From Dehalococcoidia bacterium UBA6495 (GTDB taxonomy: Bacteria; Chloroflexota; Dehalococcoidia; Lucifugimonadales; UBA826): a stretch of DNA of 39,230 bases. Shown here one piece after another: positions 16,563 to 25,632 of this stretch. The notes beneath the pieces were generated by a model, which was not told the origin of the DNA, made no database searches, and saw nothing but the letters and a program-made list of their open reading frames with translations. The DNA is taken from positions 2,135 through 41,364 of the forward strand of contig DJMH01000101.1 of the NCBI GenBank assembly GCA_002435305.1, in the 5' to 3' direction. The position numbers were made by a program, and so were the translations under genes. Position 1 is the first letter of the stretch; each line of letters begins with the position of its first letter.

Positions 16563-17930
16563 ATGATTGATTTACTGTCTATTGCGCGAACAGAGGCCGA
16601 TGGAGGCGATTTACTTAACCTTTTGTCCGGATTGTTCGAGCCATCTGAAGTAAGGCCAGAGGGGTATTCAGACGCAGTTGTGTGGCAAGGTGGAAATCAT
16701 GATGGCGTGGTGAATCCTGTCGCCCATTCCTTAACAGATGCCTATGCTCTCCTCGGGACCATCGCTGCAGTAGACATACTGGGTTTGCCGTTTTATGCCG
16801 TCCCTATGTGGTCACAATATAGGCATGATACGAAATTAGCTTCCCTAGGTTGGTTTGGAAATATGCCATGTACCTCGGTCAAATGGTCCACAGCAGGAGA
16901 CGCTTATGTCAATGACGGAAATGGCAATAAGGTGGTCGTGATGGGAAAGTCAGCTAACGCCCCTCTTAGAACTCAGGCAGGGGTATACTGCAATGTTAGG
17001 CCGTATGGCCCCATTACTGTTGTCAGGTGCATGCCTTGCCTACCGTACTCACAGGATAGGGATAAATTTGTAGTGGATGACTCAGGAATTGTCCATTCAG
17101 AAATGAATACACCAGGTATTCAAATGGCCTATGCTAATCGACTTTTTCTCAAGATGGTAAACGATAGCGGTCACCTAGGTCGGGTCGCAATGAAACCTAC
17201 GCAGGCTATGGAAGACGGCATTAATGCTGGCTTGCATTCTTGGTTACTAAAAGGCACCAAATTTGAAGTAGGAAGAAGATATGCGGTTGACCCCTATGAA
17301 GAACATAAAGAAAGAATTGACCGGATAATCTCATTGCTACCTTCAAATTTTAAGGATGGCATGGAAAATTGGGGAGGTAGGATCGAACAACATATTTCAG
17401 ATACCAATTATGGGTTATTAATCTGGGATCTCATAGAAAAACGAGATACCATAGTGTTGGCTACAGACTTGGATGGGGATAGATTGACTGACCTTCTCGC
17501 AGATATTTCAGACCCTTTACGGGCCTTTGGAGATAAGGTAGTACAGCACGTTGGTAAAAATGTAAATATGTGGGATGCTTGGTCTGAAATGGGATACACC
17601 ACTGGTAACGGCAGGGACATGACCTCAGTTATGCATAGGATGGATGGCCCGCCAATACATGAACAAACACTTGGCTCCGCCGATGCAATGCTACTTAGGC
17701 TCCTAGACGGAGATGAATCTTTGGGTGGGACGAAGAGACCATATGATCCGCGCATCCATTTTGTGCTAATGCGGGACGCATATATAGATGCCAATCCTGG
17801 GAATTCCGAATTGAGAAACTGGTTAGATTCCTCATTAGACGTTTTTGATGGGATCTACGGAGAAAACAGACCTGGCTTTTTAGAGGGGTATAAAGCTCTT
17901 AAGGAAGCAATCACCCCTTGGGGATCTTAA
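16563..17930 (+). CDS. Highly divergent isocitrate/isopropylmalate dehydrogenase-family protein (putative isocitrate dehydrogenase)
   Basis: By-eye motif matches in the correct order: YRHDT, SVKWST, KSANAPLR, YCNVRP, PITVVR-x6-Y, MKPT, ISD, DGDRLTD, MTSVM-x3-DG, HEQTLGS. Confidence 0.7.
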   Translation: MIDLLSIARTEADGGDLLNLLSGLFEPSEVRPEGYSDAVVWQGGNHDGVVNPVAHSLTDAYALLGTIAAVDILGLPFYAVPMWSQYRHDTKLASLGWFGNMPCTSVKWSTAGDAYVNDGNGNKVVVMGKSANAPLRTQAGVYCNVRPYGPITVVRCMPCLPYSQDRDKFVVDDSGIVHSEMNTPGIQMAYANRLFLKMVNDSGHLGRVAMKPTQAMEDGINAGLHSWLLKGTKFEVGRRYAVDPYEEHKERIDRIISLLPSNFKDGMENWGGRIEQHISDTNYGLLIWDLIEKRDTIVLATDLDGDRLTDLLADISDPLRAFGDKVVQHVGKNVNMWDAWSEMGYTTGNGRDMTSVMHRMDGPPIHEQTLGSADAMLLRLLDGDESLGGTKRPYDPRIHFVLMRDAYIDANPGNSELRNWLDSSLDVFDGIYGENRPGFLEGYKALKEAITPWGS

Positions 17931-17968
17931 GTTGCCTTTAATTGTATTACTGGCTAACCTTATCTAGG

Positions 17969-19210
17969 CTAGCTGTTGATGCCCGGGACAGGAAAACGGG
18001 AAGTTAGTTCCAGAATCTCTTGCTTGACTTTTTCCTCCACCGATGGGTCCTCAATATTGGTGAGAACCTTTAGGATTAGCTTACCTACAGTAGTTGCCTC
18101 ACGTATTTTCATTCCTCTACTTGTGACGGCAGGGGTACCGAGTCTAATGCCACTAGCCTGTCTTGGTGGTTTTGTATCAAATGGAATAGCATTCCTATTA
18201 ATTACGATGTTTGCTTTACCTAGCGATTCTTCAGCTTGTTTTCCAGATATTCCTATTGGAGTCACGTCAACCAGTGTCATGTGATTATCGGTTCCTCCAG
18301 AAACCAAACGCAAGCCACCTTCGTGTAAGGTTTCTGCTAATGCCTTCGCATTAGCAACTACCTGCTCTTGGTATTGCACGAATTCATCCATTGCGGCTTC
18401 CTTAAAGGCAACGGCTTTTGCAGCGATGGTGTGTTCGAGAGGTCCACCCTGCATATTCGGGAAGACAGCACTGTTTAAGGCTTTACCCATTTCACTTTTA
18501 CCCAAAATGAACCCGCCTCTGGGACCTCTTAAAGTTTTATGAGTGGTGGATGTAACGATATCAGCGCTTTCTACTGGGGAAGGGTGAATTCCTGCTGCAA
18601 CAAGACCCGAAATATGAGCCATGTCAACCATAAGTTTTGCATTTACAGAATCAGCTATTTCCCTAAATTTTTCAAAATTGATGGTTCTGGTGTAGGCTGA
18701 AGCACCCGCTACTATCAGTTTGGGCTTGCATTCTTTTGCTATTTTGCTGACTTCTAGAAAATCTATAGTCTCAAGTTCTCGGTCCACCTCATAAGGGACG
18801 AAATTATAAAGTTTCGCAGAGAAATTCACTTGGCTGCCGTGGGTCAAATGCCCTCCATGATCTAATCCCATACCCATCACAGTGTCACCAGGTTGCAAAG
18901 ATGCAAAATACGCAGCCATATTGGCCTGCGCGCCACTATGAGGTTGTACATTAGCATAGTCGGCATGGAATAAAGATCTTGCTCTGTCTATCGCCAGTTG
19001 TTCCACTACATCAACGTATTCACATCCGCCGTAGTACCTCCTTCCTGGGTAACCCTCCGCATATTTATTTGTGAATATAGAACCCTGGGCTTCAAGCACA
19101 GCTGTGCTTGCGTAATTTTCTGATGCTATTAGGTTGATATTCTCCTGCTGACGTCTTTTTTCATTTTCGATGGCATCAGATATTTCTGAGTCAATGTTCT
19201 GTAACTTCAT
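17969..19210 (-). CDS. glyA: Serine hydroxymethyltransferase
   Basis: [16 protein letters not shown]-x-RYYGG, GGHLTHG, PLP lysine motif [13 protein letters not shown]. Confidence 0.97.
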   Translation of the reverse strand: MKLQNIDSEISDAIENEKRRQQENINLIASENYASTAVLEAQGSIFTNKYAEGYPGRRYYGGCEYVDVVEQLAIDRARSLFHADYANVQPHSGAQANMAAYFASLQPGDTVMGMGLDHGGHLTHGSQVNFSAKLYNFVPYEVDRELETIDFLEVSKIAKECKPKLIVAGASAYTRTINFEKFREIADSVNAKLMVDMAHISGLVAAGIHPSPVESADIVTSTTHKTLRGPRGGFILGKSEMGKALNSAVFPNMQGGPLEHTIAAKAVAFKEAAMDEFVQYQEQVVANAKALAETLHEGGLRLVSGGTDNHMTLVDVTPIGISGKQAEESLGKANIVINRNAIPFDTKPPRQASGIRLGTPAVTSRGMKIREATTVGKLILKVLTNIEDPSVEEKVKQEILELTSRFPVPGINS

Positions 19211-19442
19211 TTGTTACTCCTCAATCAATGTCTAGAAAAGATATTGCCTTAATGTTAATTCACCGTGGATCAAAAATTAAAACGGGTAAGCCTTTTGAAT
19301 TTCGTTAGTCTTATAATAAATCACCTTGTCTCCATAGTGTTGCTAGAGAAGTATTGCTACTGTAGAGTATTTGAAGGGATTGAACATGCCTAGAATATGC
19401 AGAAAAGAAATGTACATCGAAGGAACGTGACGGCCTTTTAAA

Positions 19443-20498
19443 ATGGGCAAAGGTATCATCGAAACTTATAAAAAATTCCTTCCTATTAATTCCGAGACTC
19501 CTGTTTTTTCTCTAGGGGAAGGAAACACCCCTCTGGTTAAATCTAGAAATATAGTGGATGAGATAGGTTGTAAATCGCTATTTTTTAAACTTGAAGGTTG
19601 CAACCCGACTGGCTCATTTAAAGACAGGGGTATGGTATTGGCAGTAGCCAAAGCCGTCGAAAAAGGTATCAGTTCGATAGCCTGTGCCTCCACAGGTAAT
19701 ACTAGTGCCTCTGCGGCTGCCTATGGAGCCTATTTGGGACTTAGAACCACCTTGATCGTTCCAAAGGGAAATGTGGCCAGAGGTAAACTAGCTCAAGCGG
19801 TTGCATATGGTGCACATATAGCAATGATTGACGGTAATTTTGATAAAGCCCTGGAAATTGCTCGTGAGTTGTGTGAAAGGCATCCAGTGGAGCTTGTAAA
19901 TTCACTAAACCCTAACCGTATAGAAGGCCAAAAAACTGCTTCTTTTGAAATTGTCGAAGAACTCGGGATGGCACCTGACCATCTCTTTATACCAGTTGGC
20001 AACGCTGGTAATATCACAGCATACTGGAAAGGCTTTAAGGAAGCTCTTGAAAGTGGACTTTCAGGTAAATTGCCTGTGATGAACGGGTACCAAGCATCTG
20101 GGGCTGCCCCGATAGTTGACGGGGCTATTGTAGAGGAACCTCGTACAGTAGCATCTGCTATACGGATCGGTAACCCAGCCAGTTGGGAATTAGCTTTGAA
20201 AGTTCGAGATGAATCGAAGGGGTTTATTGATAAGGTTGATGATGAGGAAATTCTCGATACATATCGCAGGTTAGCATCTGATGAAGGCGTTTTTTGCGAA
20301 CCGGCTTCTGCTGCGTCACTGGCAGGTTTATTAAAGAGGGTTAATTCAGGCGAATCTTTTGAAGGCAAAACCATTGTATGTGTTATCACCGGGAACGGTC
20401 TTAAAGACCCAGATGTGGCAAATGAAATAAAACCAGCTTCTCTAAATGAATACCCTGCTAAAATCGAATCAGTGGAGGAGGCTCTTACTTTATCATGA
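19443..20498 (+). CDS. thrC: Threonine synthase
   Basis: LGEGNTPL, NPTGSFKDRG, CASTGNTSAS, PVGNAGN, IRIGNP, TGNGLKDP. Confidence 0.93.
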   Translation: MGKGIIETYKKFLPINSETPVFSLGEGNTPLVKSRNIVDEIGCKSLFFKLEGCNPTGSFKDRGMVLAVAKAVEKGISSIACASTGNTSASAAAYGAYLGLRTTLIVPKGNVARGKLAQAVAYGAHIAMIDGNFDKALEIARELCERHPVELVNSLNPNRIEGQKTASFEIVEELGMAPDHLFIPVGNAGNITAYWKGFKEALESGLSGKLPVMNGYQASGAAPIVDGAIVEEPRTVASAIRIGNPASWELALKVRDESKGFIDKVDDEEILDTYRRLASDEGVFCEPASAASLAGLLKRVNSGESFEGKTIVCVITGNGLKDPDVANEIKPASLNEYPAKIESVEEALTLS

Positions 20499-21085
20499 AT
20501 GAATCGGTGCACTCTGCTAAGTCAGGAGAGGCTTTCGATTCTGATAGGATTAGATCTGCTGTCCATGAAATTTTGGTTTCAATAGGGGAGAACCCAGAAA
20601 GGGAAGGTCTGGTAGATACACCAAATAGGGTAGTGGAATGGTATCGTGACATATTTTCCGGGTTGCGATCTGACCCTGAAGAAGTACTAAGCGTTTTTTT
20701 TGAGGAAAATCATACTGAGCCTGTAGCTGTTACAGATATTTCGTTCAATTCAATTTGCGAGCATCATTTATTGCCATTTTATGGTTACGCTCATGTAGCT
20801 TATGTACCAAAAGGCAGGGTGATTGGAGCAAGTAAAGTTTCTCGATTGATTGATGTGTTGGCTAAAAGGCCTCAAATTCAAGAAAGGCTAACGACTCAAA
20901 TAGCAGATAGTGTTTATCGATGTCTGGACGCCAGTGCAAGTTACGTTTTTATGTCTGCAGTGCATACGTGCATGACTTTGCGAGGTGTCAAGAAAACTGA
21001 TAGCAAGATAGTTACATCTGCGCAAAGAGGGGGGAGGCAGGAGGTTAAACAATTGATAAAAACTATACGTTTATCTAAATCGTAA
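20495..21085 (+). CDS. folE: GTP cyclohydrolase I
   Basis: REGLVDTP, SICEHHLLPF, RPQIQERLT, HTCMTLRG. ATGA overlap with thrC. Confidence 0.93.
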   Translation: MNESVHSAKSGEAFDSDRIRSAVHEILVSIGENPEREGLVDTPNRVVEWYRDIFSGLRSDPEEVLSVFFEENHTEPVAVTDISFNSICEHHLLPFYGYAHVAYVPKGRVIGASKVSRLIDVLAKRPQIQERLTTQIADSVYRCLDASASYVFMSAVHTCMTLRGVKKTDSKIVTSAQRGGRQEVKQLIKTIRLSKS

Positions 21086-21093
21086 GAGGGGAA

Positions 21094-22065
21094 ATGAGTT
21101 ATTTTGAAAACGTTGACCAGCTTGAAAAAGCTTGGTCACACATGCTTCCTAATTGCTACTTAAACACCATTTTTATTACCCCTGAGTGGCAAGCTACTTG
21201 GTGGAAAAGGTTTAAATATAATTCCACTCCCCTAATTGAGATAGTTACATCGAGTAAAGAGGCGATTGGGGTAATTCCCTTACTGTGTGAGGGTGAAGAG
21301 ACGACATTTATAGGCGACTCTAATTTGTCTGACTACATGGATTTCCCGGTACTAAAAGGTCATGGAAAAGAATTTTTCTCAATAGCATGGGACCGCTTGA
21401 AATCCATGGATTGGAAAACTCTACGTCTTGAATCCATACCAGAAGATTCCCCCACACTTAAATATCTTCCTGACATTGCCAAGCTTGATGGATTTGAAGT
21501 TGATTTGCATGAATCGGATACTACCCCTTGTATGGAATTACCTGACTCCTGGGATGACTACCTCGCTGGACTGAGAAAGAAAGACCGCCACGAGTTGAGG
21601 CGTAAGCTTAGGAGACTTGAATCCAATACGGACTTTGAACAGTATACTGTTCAAATAACCCAAAATTCGGTTGAAAAAAACATGGAGGATTTTTTCCGTT
21701 TAATGGCTTTGAGCAGCGATGATAAAGGTGCTTTTCTAACAGTTCAAAACAAGGAATTTTTTACCGATTTAGCTTTACAATTTTCGGCCACGGATCAATA
21801 TAAATTGTTTTTCATGGAAGTAGATGGGGCCAAAGTGGCGGCTTGTATATGTTTCTCATACGAAGGCACTTATCTTTTGTACAACAGTGGCTATGATCCT
21901 GAAAAATCTGCACTGAGTGTCGGGTTGCTTAATAAAGTTTTCACGATCCAAGAAGCCATTAAACTTGATGTAAAAGAATACAATTTTCTGAGAGGCACAG
22001 AGCGTTACAAATATCATTTGGGTGCAAGCGATCGGTCGGTTTTTGATTTGGTAGTGAGTCGCTAG
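21094..22065 (+). CDS. GNAT family protein, CelD/BcsL (Acetyltransf_6, FemAB-clan) type
   Basis: F-x-TPEW-x2-TWW, SDYMD, LPDSWDDYLAGL-x-KK-x-R-x-ELRRK-x-RRL, YNSGYDP, SVG, FLRG-x-ERYK. Confidence 0.8.
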   Translation: MSYFENVDQLEKAWSHMLPNCYLNTIFITPEWQATWWKRFKYNSTPLIEIVTSSKEAIGVIPLLCEGEETTFIGDSNLSDYMDFPVLKGHGKEFFSIAWDRLKSMDWKTLRLESIPEDSPTLKYLPDIAKLDGFEVDLHESDTTPCMELPDSWDDYLAGLRKKDRHELRRKLRRLESNTDFEQYTVQITQNSVEKNMEDFFRLMALSSDDKGAFLTVQNKEFFTDLALQFSATDQYKLFFMEVDGAKVAACICFSYEGTYLLYNSGYDPEKSALSVGLLNKVFTIQEAIKLDVKEYNFLRGTERYKYHLGASDRSVFDLVVSR

Positions 22066-22078
22066 TGAAGGGGGTGAA

Positions 22079-23299
22079 TTGAAGATAGGATTGTTGAGTT
22101 TCCACACTTGTCCAATGGCTGATCTTGGCAAAAAAGATGCTGGTGGTATGAATGTATACCTTCTTAATCTTGCAGCCAAGTTGGATTCACTAGGCCACAC
22201 TGTTTATGTTTTTACTCGCAACCATGAACATTCTGAAGATTCCGATATGCCCTTAGGGATCAGATCCAAGCTTGTTCATATAAGTGCTGGGCCTGCAGAG
22301 GCTCCCAAAAATGAGCTTATTAATCTAGTTTTCGAATTTTCCAGGAACATTCAAATTTATATGGAAAATGAGGATTTTTATTTAGACATTTTGCATAGCC
22401 ATTATTGGCTTTCAGGGCTGGCTGGCGATTTGCTGTCTGAGTCATGGAAAATTCCGCATGTAATTACCTTTCATACTCTAGCAAAGACTAAATTGAAAGC
22501 TCTCACTGGTGGGGACGAACATATATCAAGGAGTGCTTCTGAATATAAGTTGATGTGCAGAAGCGATAAAATTCTAGTGTTGACCCAAAAAGAAGTCCAG
22601 GACATTGACCAGCTGTACGGGTCATTTACCAACAAGATTTCTGTTGTTCCACCTGGGGTGGATTTGGAAATGTTTTACCAGTCTGACAAAAATGCGTCAA
22701 GATATCAATTAAATATCCCCGGGCAAAACAACGTGGTTCTATTTGTTGGTCGTATCGATCCGATAAAGGGACTTGATGTGCTAGTTAAGGCATTACCAAT
22801 GATATCTTCGGTTGGGGATACTACCCTTTATATTGTTGGTGGTAACGAAAAGAGCAACGAATATTATCAGTTCATTAAATCGTTGGTCCTTGAAATGAGA
22901 CTAGATGATAAAGTGATTTTCACGGGTGCTGTTGCTCATGATACTCTGGCGACCTATTACTCTGCAGCCGATGTTTTTGTTTTACCTTCCCATTATGAAA
23001 GTTTGGGTTTCGTTGCCATTGAAGCTATGGCATGTGGGACCCCGGTCGTAGCATCTCGGGTTGGTGGGATTCCGTCAATTGTTGAGCATGGTTCCACGGG
23101 ATATCTCATACCCTGGAGGTGTCCGGAGGCCTTTGCAACCCAGATAGAAGTGTTACTTAAAAATAAAGATTTGCATAGTTTTATGTCAAAAGAGGCGATA
23201 AAGAAAGCTTACTCTCTAAGTTGGAATGCTAGCTCGAAAAAGGCCGCTAATTTGTATGGTGAAGTTATTTCAGGTTGGACAAGTACGCAGGCTATCTGA
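22079..23299 (+). CDS. mshA: GT4 glycosyltransferase, MshA (D-inositol-3-phosphate glycosyltransferase)-like
   Basis: HTCP-x4-G-x2-DAGGMNVY, AGP, HSHYWLSG, FHTLA-x2-K, FVGRI-x-P-x-KG, PSHYESLG-x-VAIEAMACGTPVVA. Confidence 0.75.
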   Translation: MKIGLLSFHTCPMADLGKKDAGGMNVYLLNLAAKLDSLGHTVYVFTRNHEHSEDSDMPLGIRSKLVHISAGPAEAPKNELINLVFEFSRNIQIYMENEDFYLDILHSHYWLSGLAGDLLSESWKIPHVITFHTLAKTKLKALTGGDEHISRSASEYKLMCRSDKILVLTQKEVQDIDQLYGSFTNKISVVPPGVDLEMFYQSDKNASRYQLNIPGQNNVVLFVGRIDPIKGLDVLVKALPMISSVGDTTLYIVGGNEKSNEYYQFIKSLVLEMRLDDKVIFTGAVAHDTLATYYSAADVFVLPSHYESLGFVAIEAMACGTPVVASRVGGIPSIVEHGSTGYLIPWRCPEAFATQIEVLLKNKDLHSFMSKEAIKKAYSLSWNASSKKAANLYGEVISGWTSTQAI

Positions 23300-23301
23300 A
23301 C

Positions 23302-24207
23302 CTACAGATTTTTCTCATACCAGTGAGTCTGGTTTATTTTTTTAAAGCCTATGCTGCTGTATAGTTTAGTGGCAGGTATATTTTCAGAATCCACTTCAAG
23401 TTCTATTTCTGATATATTTTTTGATTTGAGGTAATGCATGCCTGCCAAAACGACTGCTCTGCCTAGACTCAAACCCCGATAATTTGGATGAACTCCGGTC
23501 ATTGCAACCCATCCTACCGACGAAGGACCATTGTGTGCTTCCATGGTCCAGTTGTACCCAGCTATTTCCCCATTTTTCTCTATAAATATAATGCCTTTTT
23601 CATCAGTCCTTTCCATTTGGGTACGGTATCGAATTTGTTCTATGTCGTTAGGAGAAAACCCCCAGTGGTTTCCGAATGATTGATTCTGTAAATCAGTAAG
23701 AGTATCTTCATCTCTTCCTTTAACAAAGTGGCGAAGAGAATAATCATCAGGTAGAACTAAATCTTCTAAATGTGGTTCCTCGAACCTGAGATTCCAGTAC
23801 GTTTTGATTTTGTGCCAACCTGAAGATTCTAAAATCTTTTTTGATTCATGGTCATTCTGGGAAATTTGGAAATGGATTACTTTTGCATTCGATAGGGTTC
23901 CATGTTTAACGGCAATGGCCATGAAATTTTGAAATATTTCAGCAAAATTGCCACCTTCACGAATGGTTTGAAGCCCGACTATTCGCTTTACGGGTGGTTC
24001 TTCGACTATTTGAAGGAAGCCAAAAATATCGTGGTTTGCAGAGGCAATATAACAGTTTGTTTCTGGGTTTGACGGGGGTACGTTAATCGTTTGCACGAAG
24101 AAAGCATCCGTTAACTTTTTTGGAGAGTTAAAAGAATCGTTGACTGAATTTATGAATTCTACGATTTTTTTCTGATGGGCAGTTGAGAAATTGTCAAATT
24201 TAATCAT
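23302..24207 (-). CDS. mshD: Tandem-GNAT acetyltransferase, MshD (mycothiol synthase)-like
   Basis: About 300 aa with two GNAT domains. C-domain has LQNQSFGNHWG, GYNWT, GVHPNYRGLSLGR, LEVDSENIPA-x2-LY-x3-GF. Convergent with the mshA-like gene. Confidence 0.65.
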   Translation of the reverse strand: MIKFDNFSTAHQKKIVEFINSVNDSFNSPKKLTDAFFVQTINVPPSNPETNCYIASANHDIFGFLQIVEEPPVKRIVGLQTIREGGNFAEIFQNFMAIAVKHGTLSNAKVIHFQISQNDHESKKILESSGWHKIKTYWNLRFEEPHLEDLVLPDDYSLRHFVKGRDEDTLTDLQNQSFGNHWGFSPNDIEQIRYRTQMERTDEKGIIFIEKNGEIAGYNWTMEAHNGPSSVGWVAMTGVHPNYRGLSLGRAVVLAGMHYLKSKNISEIELEVDSENIPATKLYSSIGFKKINQTHWYEKNL

Positions 24208-24284
24208 TTCACAGTAAAAAAAGTTTATTTGGGAGGATTTTATCAGAGTAAGAGAAAAGTATTTGAAAGGTGTAGCATAATAAT

Positions 24285-25013
24285 ATGATCGATATGTACG
24301 ATATACATAACCATTTATTACCTGGTGTTGATGATGGTCCAGGAGATTTTCTAGAGTCCATTCAGATATGCGAAGTAGCGCAAAGCCAAAACACTAAAAT
24401 GATCATCGCGACGCCGCACAGGAAAGATGTAACTGAGAACCATTCCGTGCATCTAATAAAAGATCTAGTCTCCAATATAAATGGAAACCTTACTCAGAAG
24501 AAAGCCGATATTGCCGTTAAATTAGGCATGGAAAATCATGTTGACTTAGATTTGATTCAAGAGATTGAAAATGGTAGGGCCCTCACATTAAATAACAGCG
24601 TATATATATTGGTTGAAATGCCCTGGAAAGACCGTCCTTCATATATAGAACGAGTCATTGCTGATTTATTGGAGTCTGGTTTAATTCCGGTCTTGGCCCA
24701 TCCTGAGAGGATGCGCCTTTTTGAAGATGAACGAGAGTTGTTAGGGGAACTTGTGCGGATGGGATGTAAATCTCAGTTAACGGCAAGCAGTTTGTATGGT
24801 AAGTTTGGCGACAAAGCACAAAGAGCCTCGGTAGATATGATGACGGAAGGATTAATTCACGTCATCGCGTCCGACACCCATATGGCAGAAGGTCAGCGTT
24901 GCTATGACATGGATTTGGGATTTAAATTTGCAAAACAAATTATCGGCTCATATAAGGCAACTCAAATGGTTGAAAGTAACCCACTGGCTATTTTTGAAAA
25001 TCAGAAAATGTAA
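24285..25013 (+). CDS. PHP-family tyrosine-protein phosphatase (CpsB/CapC/YwqE-like)
   Basis: DIHNHLLPGVDDG, ATPH, AHPER and ASDTH motifs. Confidence 0.88.
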   Translation: MIDMYDIHNHLLPGVDDGPGDFLESIQICEVAQSQNTKMIIATPHRKDVTENHSVHLIKDLVSNINGNLTQKKADIAVKLGMENHVDLDLIQEIENGRALTLNNSVYILVEMPWKDRPSYIERVIADLLESGLIPVLAHPERMRLFEDERELLGELVRMGCKSQLTASSLYGKFGDKAQRASVDMMTEGLIHVIASDTHMAEGQRCYDMDLGFKFAKQIIGSYKATQMVESNPLAIFENQKM

Positions 25014-25014
25014 G

Positions 25015-25632
25015 TCATGTAAGTAAAGTAATTACTTTCTGCCAAATTATTTCACTGATGATTTCACTCGGTTTCTCGGCATCTATTATGTGCCAAGTAT
25101 TCTGACTTGACTCAGCTAGGCACAGATAACCTTTTCGTACACTGTTATGAAAGGATATAGACTCTTTCTCAAACCTATCTCTAGGATTTGCTTTTGTCCT
25201 TTTAAAAGAGACTTCTGGGTTTATGTCCAATAAAAACACTAAATCAGGGCTTATGTGAGAGGTTGCAATGGAATTGACCTTGGCCACTGTGTCTAAGTTT
25301 AGTCCTTTCGCATAGCCTTGATATGCGAAAGATGAGTAAATATACCTGTCGCAGACGACTACTGTGTTGGAATCAAGAGCGGGAATTATTTCATTTTGAA
25401 TAAGTTCTGACCGAGCAGCTGAAAAAAGAAACAATTCTGTAAGAGGATTCAGTTCGCACCCTTCCAATATGAGAGCTCTTATTTTTTCACCGGTGTTTGT
25501 GCTTCCGGGTTCTCTAACCAATAAGTTGGAAATACCTTCGGAGGAGAGTTTTTGCGAAAGAACCTGCGACTGAGTACTTTTCCCACTTCCTTCAACTCCT
25601 TCTAGTACGATGAAGGTGTTTTTAGTATTCAT
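25015..25632 (-). CDS. tmk: Thymidylate kinase
   Basis: FIVLEGVEGSGKSTQ P-loop, REPG, CDRY, AYQG, DRFE. Start reassigned to ATG 25632 (MNTKNTF), overlapping the upstream stop. Confidence 0.93.
   Translation of the reverse strand: MNTKNTFIVLEGVEGSGKSTQSQVLSQKLSSEGISNLLVREPGSTNTGEKIRALILEGCELNPLTELFLFSAARSELIQNEIIPALDSNTVVVCDRYIYSSFAYQGYAKGLNLDTVAKVNSIATSHISPDLVFLLDINPEVSFKRTKANPRDRFEKESISFHNSVRKGYLCLAESSQNTWHIIDAEKPSEIISEIIWQKVITLLT

Noticed and set aside
19386-19430. 14-codon ORF MPRICRKEMYIEGT upstream of thrC as an attenuator leader
   Set aside because: Not Thr/Ile-rich, and no terminator/antiterminator structure before thrC.
19211-19442. Riboswitch (glycine, ZTP, THF, T-box) in the glyA/thrC intergenic region
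   Set aside because: AT-rich with no recognisable conserved aptamer motifs by eye; an Rfam scan would be needed to exclude fully.
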